NCBI GenBank assembly: GCA_951406725.2
Contig: OX597826.1
Span: forward strand, 45,508,001-45,572,000
Origin: Octopus vulgaris
Taxonomy: Eukaryota
Direction of reading: 5' to 3'
DNA: 64,000 nt
Shown piece by piece: positions 12,686 to 26,739 of this stretch. Each line of letters starts with the position of its first letter. Position 1 is the stretch's first letter. The notes beneath the pieces were generated by a model. The model saw nothing but the letters and a program-made list of their open reading frames with translations, did no database searches and was not told where the DNA came from. Made by a program: the position numbers and the translations under genes.

Positions 12686-12829
12686 GTCTGTCTGTCTGTC
12701 TATACATTTATATATATGCGTGTTTCCTGCATATTCATATGTATATATAATACCCCGGCCGCCGTTCCTAATTTAGTATGATACAGTATGACATAGTGAC
12801 ACATAAGTAATTTTTATATAGAGTAGAGC

Positions 12830-13300
12830 TTAAACACCACTACTATCCCACTTTCTACGACAGGGTACCTTGAATACATCGCTCCAAAAGACGAAGTGAA
12901 GGATGCTGCTTCCGGAGACATTAACAGGTTTTCAAAATGAAGTTCATGGTTGAGGCTCTCGGCAAAGGTATCAACGCCAATGCTAAGAAGGAAGAGGGAA
13001 TGAAATGAAGTGCGAAATGCTATTGTAATTTGTTTTTGTACGGTTCTTGAAATTGATATGAGAGTTAATATGGTGAAGCAGCTCAAATTTCCATCGTATA
13101 TCAGACTTCCTTGCAACCGACTTCCATCTTGATTTCTGAGACAGCTAGTTTTAGTAGAGTTGACTATGACTGAAGATTGAATAGGTGCAAGAAAACAAAA
13201 AAATCAAAGTAAAAGGTGATGTAGAACTGTTGTTTTAAAATGGATGGAGGGCCAGGTAGTTGTCAGTGAATGTCAAAAGTCAAGGTTTCAAGGTCGTTAT
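12830..13300 (-). pseudogene. decayed CR1/L2-group LINE C-terminal fragment
   Basis: Peptides LLTFTDN and IYDG...RTVQKQI resemble the post-RT region of CR1/L2-like ORF2. Confidence 0.3.
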
Positions 13301-13424
13301 CTCACCTTTCGAACCTGGAAAAGACGGCATCGAGAAAAGCAGAAAGGTTGCAAAAAAAAAGCATCTAGATGGCTGTGGTTAAGAAGAGGTAACCGATGCA
13401 GTCAGTGGAATAATGAATGTTTGA

Positions 13425-13465
<41 letters not shown>

Positions 13466-13634
13466 TAATCATATGCATATATGCACTCACACACACACAT
13501 ACACATACAGATATATATATATATGCAGATACAGATATGTACGTAGATTCATACAAATATACATACCTACAAACACACACACACACGCACGTACACACCA
13601 TACTCACACACATACATATATTTTATTAATAAAA

Positions 13635-13779
13635 CTGCAAAGACATTACAAAAACCGTTACTCAGAGTTTCTCGTTCCCGTTCATCGAACAGTTTTGGAT
13701 TAGAATCATTGTAAACCAAAACTGTCCGAAGAACGGGAACGTGAACCTCTGAGTAACAGTTTTTGTGATGTCTTCGCAG
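13635..13779. ncRNA. hairpin element built from two inverted minimal hammerhead ribozymes
   Basis: ~64-bp arms. Right arm (+, 13718-13763): AAAACTGT-CCGAAGA-ACGGGAACGT-GAAC-CTCTGAG-TA-ACAGTTTT. Left arm (-, 13651-13696): AAAACTGT-TCGATGA-ACGGGAACGA-GAAA-CTCTGAG-TA-ACGGTTTT. Confidence 0.7.
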
Positions 13780-13803
13780 ACTTATTACTCCGTATTCGAA
13801 TAC

Positions 13804-14010
<207 letters not shown>

Positions 14011-14151
14011 GGAGAGATAGATAGAGCGTCATATATACAGATACATACATAAATATACATAAATATATATATTTATTTGTCTGCATATGTTTTTAAAAGT
14101 TTTAGGTGTACATATATATATATATGTGTGTGAGTGTATGAATGTATGTAT

Positions 14152-14201
<50 letters not shown>

Positions 14202-14810
14202 GTATGTATTCATGTATGTGTGTATGTGTTTCTCTGTGTGTGTGTGTGTACGTAGGTAGGTAGGGATGTAGACAGCCAGGCAGGTAAAAATGTCATGAAA
14301 TAGTTAAGAAGTTCTTCAAAACCACGTCGTGACGAGTTCGTTGCAACTGCATGGCATCTGAAGCGGATGTCATATTCCGTAGCTTCGAATTAACCATTAA
14401 CTTTTAGTGAATCAGTATTGACGGAAACTGTATCGAAGACTGTGGAGCCAATTGCAATTGTAATTAAAGACGTACTAATTAAAGATCCACACTTGTGTTG
14501 TGCTGATGATTTCGCTTCAAAGTTATATGAAGTGTATACGATGCGTCTGTGGAATACTAAGGCACTTACACAGTAATTCAGGAATAAATAATCCAGATGA
14601 TCGAACAATTCAATCCTCTTCGTAAAACGACGGAGATCCCTCACCATATACATCTATACTCATACATGTATATTTGTCTTCGCGCATGCGCGCGCGTGTG
14701 CGTGAGTATGTGCATGTATGTGTGTGTGTATGTATGTATGTATAACTCTTTAGCTTCGTGTTAATTGATATTCTCATACACGCACGGACGCATGTGTGAA
14801 CACATACAGA

Positions 14811-14872
<62 letters not shown>

Positions 14873-14915
14873 TAGTATATATATATATATATATGCGTGT
14901 GTGTGTGTATGTATG

Positions 14916-14976
<61 letters not shown>

Positions 14977-15462
14977 CATGCATATATATATGTGTGTGTG
15001 TGTGTGTGTACACAGATGCATACATACACACACATACTGATATATGGTTTCCTAAGTTAACCATGTCAACAGCAGTTACCATTCTGATTACTGCCTTCAA
15101 GACAATCTTTCCAGACAGTTAGAAGAATGGGTTACCCAGACCACATTTAGCAACAATATATCATGTCTAACTGCGAACGTAAGCTATTCCATCTGACACA
15201 TAACTGTCTGGCAAATGCTACTATATGTAAAGGTCTACGTTAAATTCTGTGTCTCAGAATAAAAGAAAAGAGATGTAGGAGAGTTATGTATCACAGAGTA
15301 AATGGAAAATCGGCATAGATCATACCATTCAGTAGCGGTGGTAGTAGTGATAAATATATGTATGTATTTATATATGTCAGTATGTATATAAATATATAAG
15401 TATACGCATGCCACACATACATATATATATAGAAATACAAAATGACATGCAAAGATATCACG

Positions 15463-15520
<58 letters not shown>

Positions 15521-15575
15521 TACATATACCTATGTGTGAGCATACAGATTATGTATATAGGCATTTATATACATT

Positions 15576-15626
<51 letters not shown>

Positions 15627-15706
15627 TCACACAAATATATGATGTATGGTTACATAGATATATAGACAGCTAGAGAGAAAATAGATATACAGACAGATGG
15701 GAAATG

Positions 15707-15786
<80 letters not shown>

Positions 15787-15804
15787 CATATATATATGCA
15801 TGTG

Positions 15805-15835
<31 letters not shown>

Positions 15836-16758
15836 ATATATATACTATATATTTATGTATGTATGTATGTATGCATGTATGTATTACACGAACGTGTGTG
15901 TATGCGTGGGCGGATGTCTGTGCGTGCATGTATATACACACACACACATATACATGTATATTTATATCTATATCTATTTATATGTATATGCATGTGCTTG
16001 TGCGCGCACGTGTGCGTGTATGTCTATGATTATGTATATATTTATGTATGTTAAGAAACCGAAATAGTTTACAATTGACTTATATCTCAATCAATTATCT
16101 GTTGCCAACACAACTGTCATGTAAAAAAAAGTTTCTATACGGTTTGACATTTCACTTCACTTGAAATCAGCGCCTGGAAAACTAAATCTTTCTGAATATT
16201 GATCTTTTCCGTTATGGTGCCATAAGGATTCGTTGAAAACCATAAATATTCAAGAATCACCTGCAGGTCCCCCCGCCCCGCCGCCTTACGAATGCCTGGT
16301 GGCAAACACTAATGCTTGCGGAGGATGTTTGCTGACACTCTCAGAAATCTGAGATGTTATATGAAAAACCATTTTCTATAATGCTGTGGATTGCATTGCT
16401 GCTCATAACTTTTGAATGAGATTTAGAGAAAATCAAATGCTTTTGCGCTGAAGGTGCCAAAAGTTTGGAAGAGAAGCTGAAGATGACAAGCCAATCATAG
16501 TGACATTGGCAGAGAATTAGCAATAGCTCATGGAAGATCTTGAAGTGACCTTCATCATGATACAATTTAATGATAGTATTAAGAAGGAACATTCCCTCGT
16601 GTTCTCCAGTTCGATCGATATTCTAAATGTTGCAGCTTTCCATGTGAATAAGTACATAAGCAATAATATTTATTGAAAATATATCGAGATAATAGAAATG
16701 TATTTAGCATAAATTTAAATAAATTTAGTACATGAAAATATAGATAACTACATATGTA

Positions 16759-16789
<31 letters not shown>

Positions 16790-16947
16790 TGTTATATATT
16801 GTTATATTTCGGAATGGTCATATTGCCAGTTTAAACGTACTATATATATATATATACGGTTTCATGTTCTCAATCAGTTGTATACATAAACACTTATACA
16901 CACGCATATATACATGGTTATATGTAAGTGTTTGTAGATGAGATACT

Positions 16948-17025
<78 letters not shown>

Positions 17026-17217
17026 CACACATATATATGTTTGTGCGTGTGTATGTGTGTGTGTATGTGCGTCTATGTATGTGCGAGTGTGTGTGTATGT
17101 GTCTGCATGTACTTGAACATATAAACATATAAAATAGCTTGTTTAGGCAAATTATTCTTTTATTTCACCACCAACCCCACACACACACATATATATATCT
17201 ATAAATATCTATACCTG

Positions 17218-17276
<59 letters not shown>

Positions 17277-17314
17277 GTATATATATATAGGCATATATGT
17301 ATGTATGTACGTAC

Positions 17315-17345
<31 letters not shown>

Positions 17346-17361
17346 TGTATGTATGTATATA

Positions 17362-17575
17362 CAGTGAGTAGCTTGTTCGTTAGTTCGAACGTACCTCAAG
17401 CATATTCAGAGTGATAATAACATAACAACATTACACACATACGCACACACACAAATATATATTTCAGAGGAGGAGCGCTAAGCAGTGATAAGTAAAACTG
17501 TAATACTCTTATCATATTATTATTAGTTAGTACGTACTTGAGGCACGTTCGAACTGGGGAACAAGCTACTCACTG
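17362..17575. mobile_element. MITE-like element with ~40-bp terminal inverted repeats (CAGTG ends, Tc1/mariner-like)
   Basis: cagtgagtagcttgttcgttagttcgaacgtacctcaag ... cttgaggcacgttcgaactggggaacaagctactcactg; left flank is TA, right flank is not. Confidence 0.65.
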
Positions 17576-17599
17576 CGTTTTGTCACGGAGAATATATCC

Positions 17600-17908
17600 C
17601 GTTTGTTGAAAAATGACAAAAGCCTTGTAAAAGGATTTTGTAGACGGAAACTGAAAGAAACCCGCCGTCTATATATGTGCGTGTGTGTGAATATTTGTGT
17701 GTATGTTTGTTTGTCCCTACACCATTGCTTGACAACCGATGTTGGCGTTTTTAATGTACCTCGAAACTTAGCGGTTCGGCAAAAGAAACAGATAGAATAA
17801 GTACTAGGCTTACAAAGAATAAGTTCTGTGGTCGATTTGATCGACTAAAGGCGGTACTCCAGCATGGCCGCAGTCATATGACTGAGACAAGTAAAAGAAT
17901 AAAAGAAT
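17600..17908 (+). mobile_element. SINE family B, 5'-truncated
   Basis: gtagacggaaactgaaagaaacccg...gcatggccgcagtcatatgactgagacaagtaaaagaataaaag. Confidence 0.85.
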
Positions 17909-17997
17909 ATATACGTAAGTGTATATGTACGCATATATATATATATATATATATATGCGTTTGTCTATGTGTGTGTGTGTGTGCATGTGTATGCTTG

Positions 17998-18235
17998 GAA
18001 GCACGTGGCTTAGTGGATATGGCGTTGCATCCTGTTCCTATAAATGTGGTTTCGATTCTTTGTTCTTTGACAAAGTGATTTGTTGTGTTCTTGAACAAAA
18101 CGCATCATTTCACGATATGTAAGTCCACTCAATGGGCAAAATTGAGTTATCAAGCGATAGGCCAGCGTCCTGTCATAGAGGGAAGTATATACCTCACGGA
18201 ATGCTGGAAACCATCCTAATGAGACGATCTCCAAG
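17998..18235 (+). mobile_element. SINE family D with Meta-like domain, degraded
   Basis: Head gcacgtggcttagtgg; agcgataggccagcgtcctgtc...ggaaacc. Confidence 0.55.
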
Positions 18236-18339
18236 ATTTTGTGGCGGGAAGAACCTTTGATTTTGCTTTTTGTTTTGTTTTTATATACGTATGAATATAT
18301 ACGTGTATATATACGTGTATATATACGTATGAATATATA

Positions 18340-18416
<77 letters not shown>

Positions 18417-19153
18417 CTGTATGTATGTATGTATGTATGTATGTATGTATGTATGTATGTATGTATGTATGTATGTGTGTGTATGTGTGTGTGAGTGTAT
18501 TATGTGATTGCGTGTGTGATGAACTCTTGTCGATTTCGACTTTGGCGTGTTCGGTGTTGTTCTATGAACTGGTCAACCTATTAGAAAATTTAGTGTGTGA
18601 AGTGGCTGAGTATTCCACAGACATAAGTAGAAATAATGCCTGAATTTGAATTACAGTTCTAGTCCATCTAACAGGCTTCTATACATCCGCACAGTTTCCG
18701 CCTACCCATATTCACCTGCAACTCATGAATCGATCTTAAACTATGATAAAGACCTTAGCTCAAAATACTGTCTTCTGGAATTGAACCAACGACTTCGTGG
18801 TTTCGAATCGAACTCATTAACTACTCCGCCGATGTCTATATCTTCCACTGTATAAAGTTAGTTCGTTGCTTCCATAGTACTGCCCCGGCTCTCCTTATTC
18901 CCGATCTGCCGCCAACTAAGTAAAGTAGAGAGTAATCAGTACCCTGCACTAGATGACTGATATAATATCAGTGTAAATATATGAAATATTTAACATATAT
19001 AAGAAAAGAATATCATGGTTTTTCTCTTCAGAGATTGGTATTTATGTTATTCGACCGTATTAATTACACACTATTTCTGCAGTCATTTACACGAAAACCA
19101 ACTAACAGAGCCTCTAGCACCTCTCACTTTCTCTTTCTCTCTCTCTCTCTCTC

Positions 19154-19201
<48 letters not shown>

Positions 19202-19604
19202 ATCGTTCGACTATCTAGATATAAAAATCAGATCATACTGCACTGTCTTAAATAGAGAAGGCACATAGAATAATATGGGTCTAGATGAGCATTGGTTGAA
19301 AAAAAAACAACAAAAACAGAAAACCCGAATGCCATTTTTTGGAATGCCATTGGTCATATGCCTGTTAAATTTAAGGGACATCTGGGGTTAAAAACAACAG
19401 CAATAATTATTTGCGTATTTACATATTTAGAGTCGTTGTGGTTTATTTGTAATGAAAATGTTCAATTTGTAGCCAATTTGCTAGAACATAAAGTTACTCT
19501 GGGGAAATTAATGTTTATAGTTTTATATATATTTTTCTCTTAGGAGAATTCTTTAAAATTTGAAGCAGTGAATGCTTTAATCAAAGATCTCAAAGGCAAT
19601 GTCA

Positions 19605-19660
<56 letters not shown>

Positions 19661-19722
19661 GTACACACACACATTCACAAACACACATATACTCATATTG
19701 ATACATACATTATATCTATCTA

Positions 19723-19757
<35 letters not shown>

Positions 19758-19802
19758 ATAGATGTATATACATCTATATATTACTTACATATATATATAT
19801 AT

Positions 19803-20212
19803 ACTCTTTTACTCTTTTACTTGTTTCAGTCATTTGACTGCGGCCATGCTGGAGCACCGCCTTTCGTCGAGCAAATCGACCCCAGGACTTATTCTTTGGA
19901 AGCCTAGTACTTATTCTATCGGGCTCTTTTGCCGAACCGCTAAGTTACGGGGACGTAAACATACCAGCATCGGTTGTCAAGCGATGCTGGGGGGGATAAA
20001 CTCAGACAGAGAGACGTATACACACATACCTACATATATACATATATACGACGGGCTTCTTTCAGTTTCCGTCTGCCAAATCCACTCACAAGGCTTTGGT
20101 CGGCCCAAGGCTATAGTAGAAGACACTTGTCCAAGGTGCCTCGCAGTAGGACTGAACCCGGAACCATGTGGTTGGTAAGCAAGCTACTTACCGCACAGCC
20201 ACTCCTGTGCCT
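19803..20212 (-). mobile_element. SINE family B, full length (tRNA head, CORE-like motif, internal TA/TG tract, gagtaaaa tail)
   Basis: Near-consensus copy; matches 46283-46627, 61810-62093 and 41333-41841. Confidence 0.92.
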
Positions 20213-20489
20213 ACCTATATACATATAAATATATTCATATGCGTACATATAAATATATGCACACACACACATATATATATGTTGATAATGTGTATATGTT
20301 TTTGTATGTGTGCGTGCGTGTGTGTGTGTGTGGGTATCTGTCTGTCTGTCTGCATGTGTGTTTTAGTCTTTGTATGCTAGAAGCAACTTGAAATGCAATT
20401 ATAACATGATGTATTTTAGCAACACACTTTGAAAATATTAAATACAGTCGAAATGTAGTCTGCGTAAAGTTAACGCAGCACATGTATAG

Positions 20490-20905
20490 CTAACACATAA
20501 AATCAAGCATCTACGACATCTATATTCTTCCAGCAGTCTTATGTGGGCTAGAATGTGTCAACTGGACTTTTGTTGGTTGCACTACAGAAGCTGGAAAGCC
20601 TCTTAGCATCATGTAATGCGACTTATCACCAACACCACAATCTCAGACCATGTCAGAATCGAAGAACTAAGACAAATAAACCAAATTACCATCAATCATC
20701 TCTGTCATCAAAAATAAAGTACTCCAGCTGCTTGGCCACATTAAGCGAATGGCTTGTAGCGTCAGCAAGATCTGTTCGGAAGGTATGATTGATGGAAAGA
20801 GAAATAGAGTTCGACAACCTGAGAGATAGAGAAATAACGTCACAGCATGGACAAGTCTTGGCATAGCTTCCTCTGAATGCTCTTACCAAAGATCGAATGC
20901 TATTC
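20490..20905 (+). pseudogene. RTE-clade LINE C-terminal fragment
   Basis: Encodes IYDIYILPAVLCGLEC, DHVRIEELRQ, LQLLGHIKR, EGMIDGKRNRVRQPER and LTKDR. Confidence 0.8.
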
Positions 20906-21130
20906 GTTTATTCATTTATTCTTTTATTCTCTTACATGTTTCAGTCATTTGACTGCGGCCATGTTGGAGCACCGCCTTGAAGGGTTATAGTCGAGAAATC
21001 GACCCCCAAAACTTATTCTATCGGTCTCTTTTGCTGAACCGCACCGCTAATTTACTGGGACGTAAGCATACCAGCATCGATTGTCAAGCAATGGTGGTGA
21101 TGGACAAACAGAGGCACAAAGACACACACA
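20905..21130 (-). mobile_element. SINE family B, 3' half
   Basis: tttcagtcatttgactgcggccatgttggagcaccgcc. Confidence 0.85.
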
Positions 21131-21167
21131 CACAAAGACAAACACACACACACACACACACACACAT

Positions 21168-21198
<31 letters not shown>

Positions 21199-21529
21199 GT
21201 TCTTCCAAGGACTAATATTGAACTCTAAAAGCATAAAGACTCTACAATGTATTGGTATACTTATTTATTAATTTTTGTATATAAGTATTATTATTTTTTT
21301 GAAAAAACATTGTAAATTTCTTTTTTCCCATTCCTTAATTAAAAAAAAAATTTTTCTCCTTCCAAAGCTTGAAAATTTGCCTTGTTATAAAAGCCGGTTT
21401 GATTTATTCTTTATTCTTTTTTTATTTTTCATACAACCATTTTTATTCAAATTTACTTTCAATTTAGCATTCTGCCTTACTATAATTTGTCCTCTCCTTC
21501 ATATATCAATATATATATATATATATATA

Positions 21530-21690
21530 TATAACGGGCTTCTTTCAGTTTTCGTCTACCAAATTCACTCACAAGGCTTTGGTTGGAACGAGGCTTTAGT
21601 AGAAGACACTTACCCAAGTTGCCACACAGTGGGATTGAACCCGGAACCATGTGGTTGGGAAGCAAGTTTCTTACCACACAGCCACGCATG
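21530..21690 (-). mobile_element. SINE family B, 5' half
   Basis: acgggcttctttcagtt...gaacccggaaccatgtggttgggaagcaagtttcttaccacacagcc. Confidence 0.85.
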
Positions 21691-23801
21691 CAGCCCGATG
21701 TAAATATTTCATATCGGGACGCTTTCTGCCGTTGGTGGAGACAGCGGGAAATTATGATATACGAGACACGTAAATATATAGAAATAAATGTAAATATGCA
21801 TGTATGTATATATGTATGTATGCATTAACATTTGCAAATATGTATATATAATACATCTGTTTACAGCAGCAGATCTTTGTTACTTAGTGTTTGGTCAAAG
21901 ACACATGGTAAGTCTTTTCCGAGGAGCGATCAGCAGGCCGTGAAATAGTCCGTCAGGGCCGTCAGCAGACACCTTGCTTTTTTTTTTTTTTCGTATATTA
22001 ATAATATCAAAGTAACGTGTTTACATTTTTATTTAAATCACAGTCTGGCTTTGTAATGTGTGTAAATAAATATATCTGCATATATGTAAGTATGTATGTG
22101 AATATTTATCTATCTAGCTGTGTGTGTGTGTATGTGGGCGCGTGCGCGTATGAATGTCTGCATATCCATTCCCTGATAAACTATATAAGACGTATTTATT
22201 TTCATCAGACTTGAAACGATAGAGTCAAATCGAATCCAGTGGGATTTGAACTCTAATGTATGAGATTTCAAATTGATATACGTTAATGTTTGCCGACAGT
22301 AAACATGGCTGTTCTAACTCTAGAAATAGCATCACAAGAAACTAATGCAATATTGCCTAAAGCAACAGAAGTTGTTAAGAAACATTTCCATCATTACTTC
22401 TTCCTCAAGCGACTGAAACCAAATAATTTCATATGAATTACTGCTTGTATGTTTAATATCTAAATGAATTTCACATAGTTTTCCTTACATATTTCATTCA
22501 TTGAACGATGATGATTCATTTCAATACATTTTTTTAGATACTGTAGCACAATAAAAAAGAAAATAAAACCCAGGTAGATTTACAGGATCGGGAAAGCGTT
22601 GTACAAAATAACCATCGACATTTCGCGTTATAAGTTTAATATTCCGAGTTCGATTCTGATTTGTGTAAATTTTGCTTTTCACCTTTCGTGGTCGATAAAC
22701 TAGTACCATTTCAATCAAGAACCAATGCCAATTCAATTTTTCGCCATGTTCTTATGTTAGAAATCAATATTGTACACTAAATGGATTATGGTATGGACTA
22801 GAAAGCTAGAGCTATGAAACAGCTTCCATACCAATCTGCAAATCTGACTATCCTTGTTTCTGTATGGAAACAAGCGTAGCCATGTTGTGGATCGGTTCAA
22901 TTTTTCTGAGCGCAAGATATAATAACTTATCATGTTTATTTCAGCTCTCCAAGTTCAAATTCCATTACTGGCACCACTTATTTTCATGTCCCTTATGTGC
23001 TAAAATAGAACACCAGTCCAGAGCGAGTGATCGTTTGGTAGAATTTTTAGGGCGTCAACGTACGAGATTTACTTGCATCTGTTCCAACTCTTCGAGTTGT
23101 AAATTCCTGTGATGAACTTGATCAATCGCTCGGTTTAGCACCATCTCTCGGAAACTAGGATACCTTTTGCAGAGTTTACTCTCTCCCAGGTTTTCCGGTC
23201 AGGGTTCCTGGAAGCCCTTACAGTATAAATGGCCATGAAAGCCGTCCCTCCTTCTGTGATGAAGCTCTAAAACACCCAGCTCTCTGTACTAGAAATATTT
23301 ACTCATAGTATAAGAAAGCACCATTTTTTTCTTCAGCAAAATGTTTGACAATTCTGTAAAGAATCCTCATTGATCTCTTTCATTGACACTCAGACGTGCG
23401 TTGTAATCGATTCCTGTACATCGCCAATATTTTATCGACCCAGCACTTATAAAAGAAAAATACACTGTGCTAAATAGGGATCAATATTGATCATTTATTG
23501 CAGATTCGCACAGTTTAAGGGTGATGAATGAGCAAAATCGTTAGTGATTCGGGTAGAATCCATCGTGGTATATGCTCTGCTTCTGAGTGGTTTCAGTTTC
23601 AAATCCAATCGAAGCTTTACTTATCTTTTTTGTGGGTCGATAAATAATGTATCAATTAAGTATTGAAGCCAAATTCCTCTCGCACCCGCTTTTTTCCTTC
23701 TCTCCTTTCCTCTCTTATCTCTCTCTCGCTCTCTTTTATCTCTCTCTCCCTTATCTCCCTCCCTCACTCTTCCTCTTTCTGTCTCTCTCTCTCTCTCTCT
23801 C

Positions 23802-23837
<36 letters not shown>

Positions 23838-23843
<6 letters not shown>

Positions 23844-24147
23844 CGTGATTACCGTGATCGACCAGGCTATCAGATGTTGCTACACATCGCTGGTCACAAT
23901 GCTCTTCGCATTGTTTTAGCCTTCAGATGACGCCACCCCGCTGGCTAAGCGAGCAGGCCAACAGAAGAAAGAGTGATAGAAAGTTGTGGCGAAAGAGTAC
24001 AGCAGGGATCGCCACCACCCTCTGCTGAAGCCGCGTGGAGCTTTAGGTGTTTTCGCTCAATAAACATTCACAACACCTGGTCTGGGAATCGAAGCCGCGA
24101 CACTACGACCGCGAGTCCGCTGCTCTAATCACTGGGCCATTGCGCCT
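23838..24147 (-). mobile_element. SINE family C (tRNA-Arg-like head), full length
   Basis: Reverse complement aggcgcaatggcccagtgattagagcagcggactcgcggtcgtag; head and body shared with 62094-62308. Confidence 0.85.
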
Positions 24148-24180
24148 ACACACACATACACACAGACACAGACACACACA

Positions 24181-24270
<90 letters not shown>

Positions 24271-24819
24271 AATTCAAAGCCAAGCTGGAGCTAGCAAATC
24301 ATTCTCGTGGAAAAAGTTTTATGTTATCAGAACTGTTCAGAGATAATCCAATGTACAGCAGAACAAGAAAAGGAAATAAAATAAAGAATAAAAAAGAGGA
24401 AAAAAATACATCGATCGAAAAGGAAGTTACAAAGTAACAATTACCACCCGTTGCCTGATAAACGTTCAATCAATGTTCTATCTTTTCCAAGAAAGTTTAA
24501 ATACTACAACTATAATCTATAATTTTCAGTAATGCTCTTTTTAAATGTCCATAAGTTATGTTGAATGGGATTTAAGGAAGGTTAGTGTTAACAAGTTTTT
24601 GTATTCTTTGATCGTGGATATATGATTTTAACGAAGCAGGCCTAAAGCAATATATTCACAGACGTAACTTCCTACTACCAACAACCGAGACTCCGACGCC
24701 GTTTTCTTGTCTGAACGAAACACGTTACTTCTTATAAGAGTTCGATGAGTCCACCCTTAAATCAACGCAGGGGTGTTAATGTCTGTCACTACAACACAAG
24801 TGTACGTTATCATTGACCC

Positions 24820-25080
24820 AACGGTTAGATTGTTGGGCTCGGGATCATCGGGTCGTGGGTTCGGTTCTTGGACCAGGTAGCGTGTGTTGTCCTTAAGCAA
24901 AGCACTTCATTTCACATTGCTGCAGCGTAATCTGCTAAAAGCAAACACCAGTGGTACTTGGAATTTATTGCTGCAACGGATTGGCGACTCGTTCAAGGTT
25001 TGGTAGGGGTATCTTGTCCTTTCAGTCTAAATGTCTTGTAGGCTCGGATAAGATTCGGCCTTCTGAGCCTGAAAGCTTGA
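24820..25080 (+). mobile_element. SINE family D with Meta-like domain, degraded
   Basis: ggtcgtgggttcggttc...gtccttaagcaaagcacttcatttcacattgctgcag...gcaacggattggcgac. Confidence 0.6.
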
Positions 25081-25278
25081 AACATAAACCAATCCCCTGA
25101 TGTGGTCCACTATGCAACCATTCAACGCAGTTAATTTCAGAGTATAAGAGAAAAAGTTCTTCTCTTTGGTTATATTTAGCACACTGAAAACCAGTCTACT
25201 CAAGACTTATTAGGAACTTCATATGTAAGGTATAGAAAGCTAGATTTAATTTTTACTTGCCACCGATGTAAGCTTAGT

Positions 25279-25462
25279 GAAGGCACGTGACATGGTGTTT
25301 AGGGTATTAAACCCATGATCCAGTACACTCGGCTGTAATTGAGTAACCCTGCAACGGAGTGAAATCCCATTCAGGAAGAATGTTCTGATTTCGGTCACTT
25401 ATGCGCCAAGGAAACTCGGTAAACAGCTGAATAAGCACGAGCCCTATGACTCGGGGGAGTAA
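25279..25462 (+). mobile_element. SINE family D with Meta-like domain, internally deleted
   Basis: ggcacgtgacatggtgtttagggt...gagtaaccctgcaacggagtgaaatcccattcagg...ggaaactcgg. Confidence 0.55.
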
Positions 25463-25481
25463 TATCCAGAGGTTGATACTG

Positions 25482-25609
25482 ACAATGATAATAATGATAA
25501 TGATGATGACAATGATGATGATAGTGGTAGGGGTGATGATGATAATGATGATGATGGTGGTAGTGATCATGATCATGATCATGACGACGACGACGACGAC
25601 GACGACGAC

Positions 25610-25640
<31 letters not shown>

Positions 25641-25816
25641 GTGGTGGTGATGGTGGCAGTGGTGGTAGTGGTGGTGGTGGTGGTGATGATGATTATGATG
25701 ATGATGATGATGATGATGATGGTAGTGGTGGTGATGGTGGTGGCGATAGTGATGTTGGTGATGATGAGGAGGATGGGGAGGCTTATTCAGGATGATGATG
25801 ATAATGATAATGACGG

Positions 25817-25867
<51 letters not shown>

Positions 25868-25915
25868 CGGTGATGATGATGACGACGACGACGATTACGA
25901 CGACGACGATGATGA
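25482..25915. repeat. compound trinucleotide tract (GAT/GGT/GAC)n
   Basis: Direct reading. Confidence 0.95.
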
Positions 25916-26595
25916 AGTAGGCCTCACCCGTGATATGCTAATGTTTCTCAAGCTGAAAATAAGCGATACACAACACAAGACTTAAAATAGTTAACGCCAG
26001 CAAAAATGAAAATTATACTTTTTGTACGCTACCGAAATTCTCATAATATTTCCCCGTTAGTGTATTTCGCAGAAGGCAAAGAACGTTTACGAGTCTTTTT
26101 ATTCATTACGAACAATTCATGTTAAAGCAACGATATTTTCTTTCATTCTATGAATATTGGCCGTCTATTAGCTAATATTCGAAAAGAATTTTATCTTATT
26201 GCGTGCATAATTCTAATCAACTCGAAAACAAGATTATACATCTCTAGTTGGCATCAAAACTTGGTTAATTTTTGTTGCTGTGTTTTTATTTCATTTTATT
26301 TATTTATTTATTTTTTTTGTTTTACCTTAAACACCTGTAGAAAAATAAGAAACTGCTATTTCCCAAAATGTTATGTTACTAGATGCATTTAGTTATTTAG
26401 ATACTTTCATTTTCTCAAAGCGAGTCTGCTGAATTAAAGAGTGTCTACATCTTCACAGTTCCATTTACCTCTCAAAGGCATATATATTATCTACCTTTCA
26501 AAGAAACTATGCTATTAACAGTCGTTCTTTATCACAAAACCTAGTCAACGATGTGACATAGCATATATCTATGTTTGTGGGCGTATGTGTGTGTA

Positions 26596-26626
<31 letters not shown>

Positions 26627-26739
26627 TTGTATGTGTGTGCTCGTGTGTATCTTTATTGATATCCTTAAAGTAGTGTTTGTACTTAGTAAGTTCTTTGCAG
26701 GTGTTTAGTAATGTATGAAGCCATGTTAGAGTTGATTAA

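Noticed and set aside
14495-14550. CTGATGA followed by a hairpin (possible hammerhead)
   Set aside because: No GAAA and no stem I complement; too degenerate to call.
19762-20228. Recurring ORFs such as YIRRASFSFRLPNPLTRL... and YDGLLSVSV... (also at 45985, 61775, 41315)
   Set aside because: Chance translations of SINE family B; the recurrence reflects the repeat, not a gene family.
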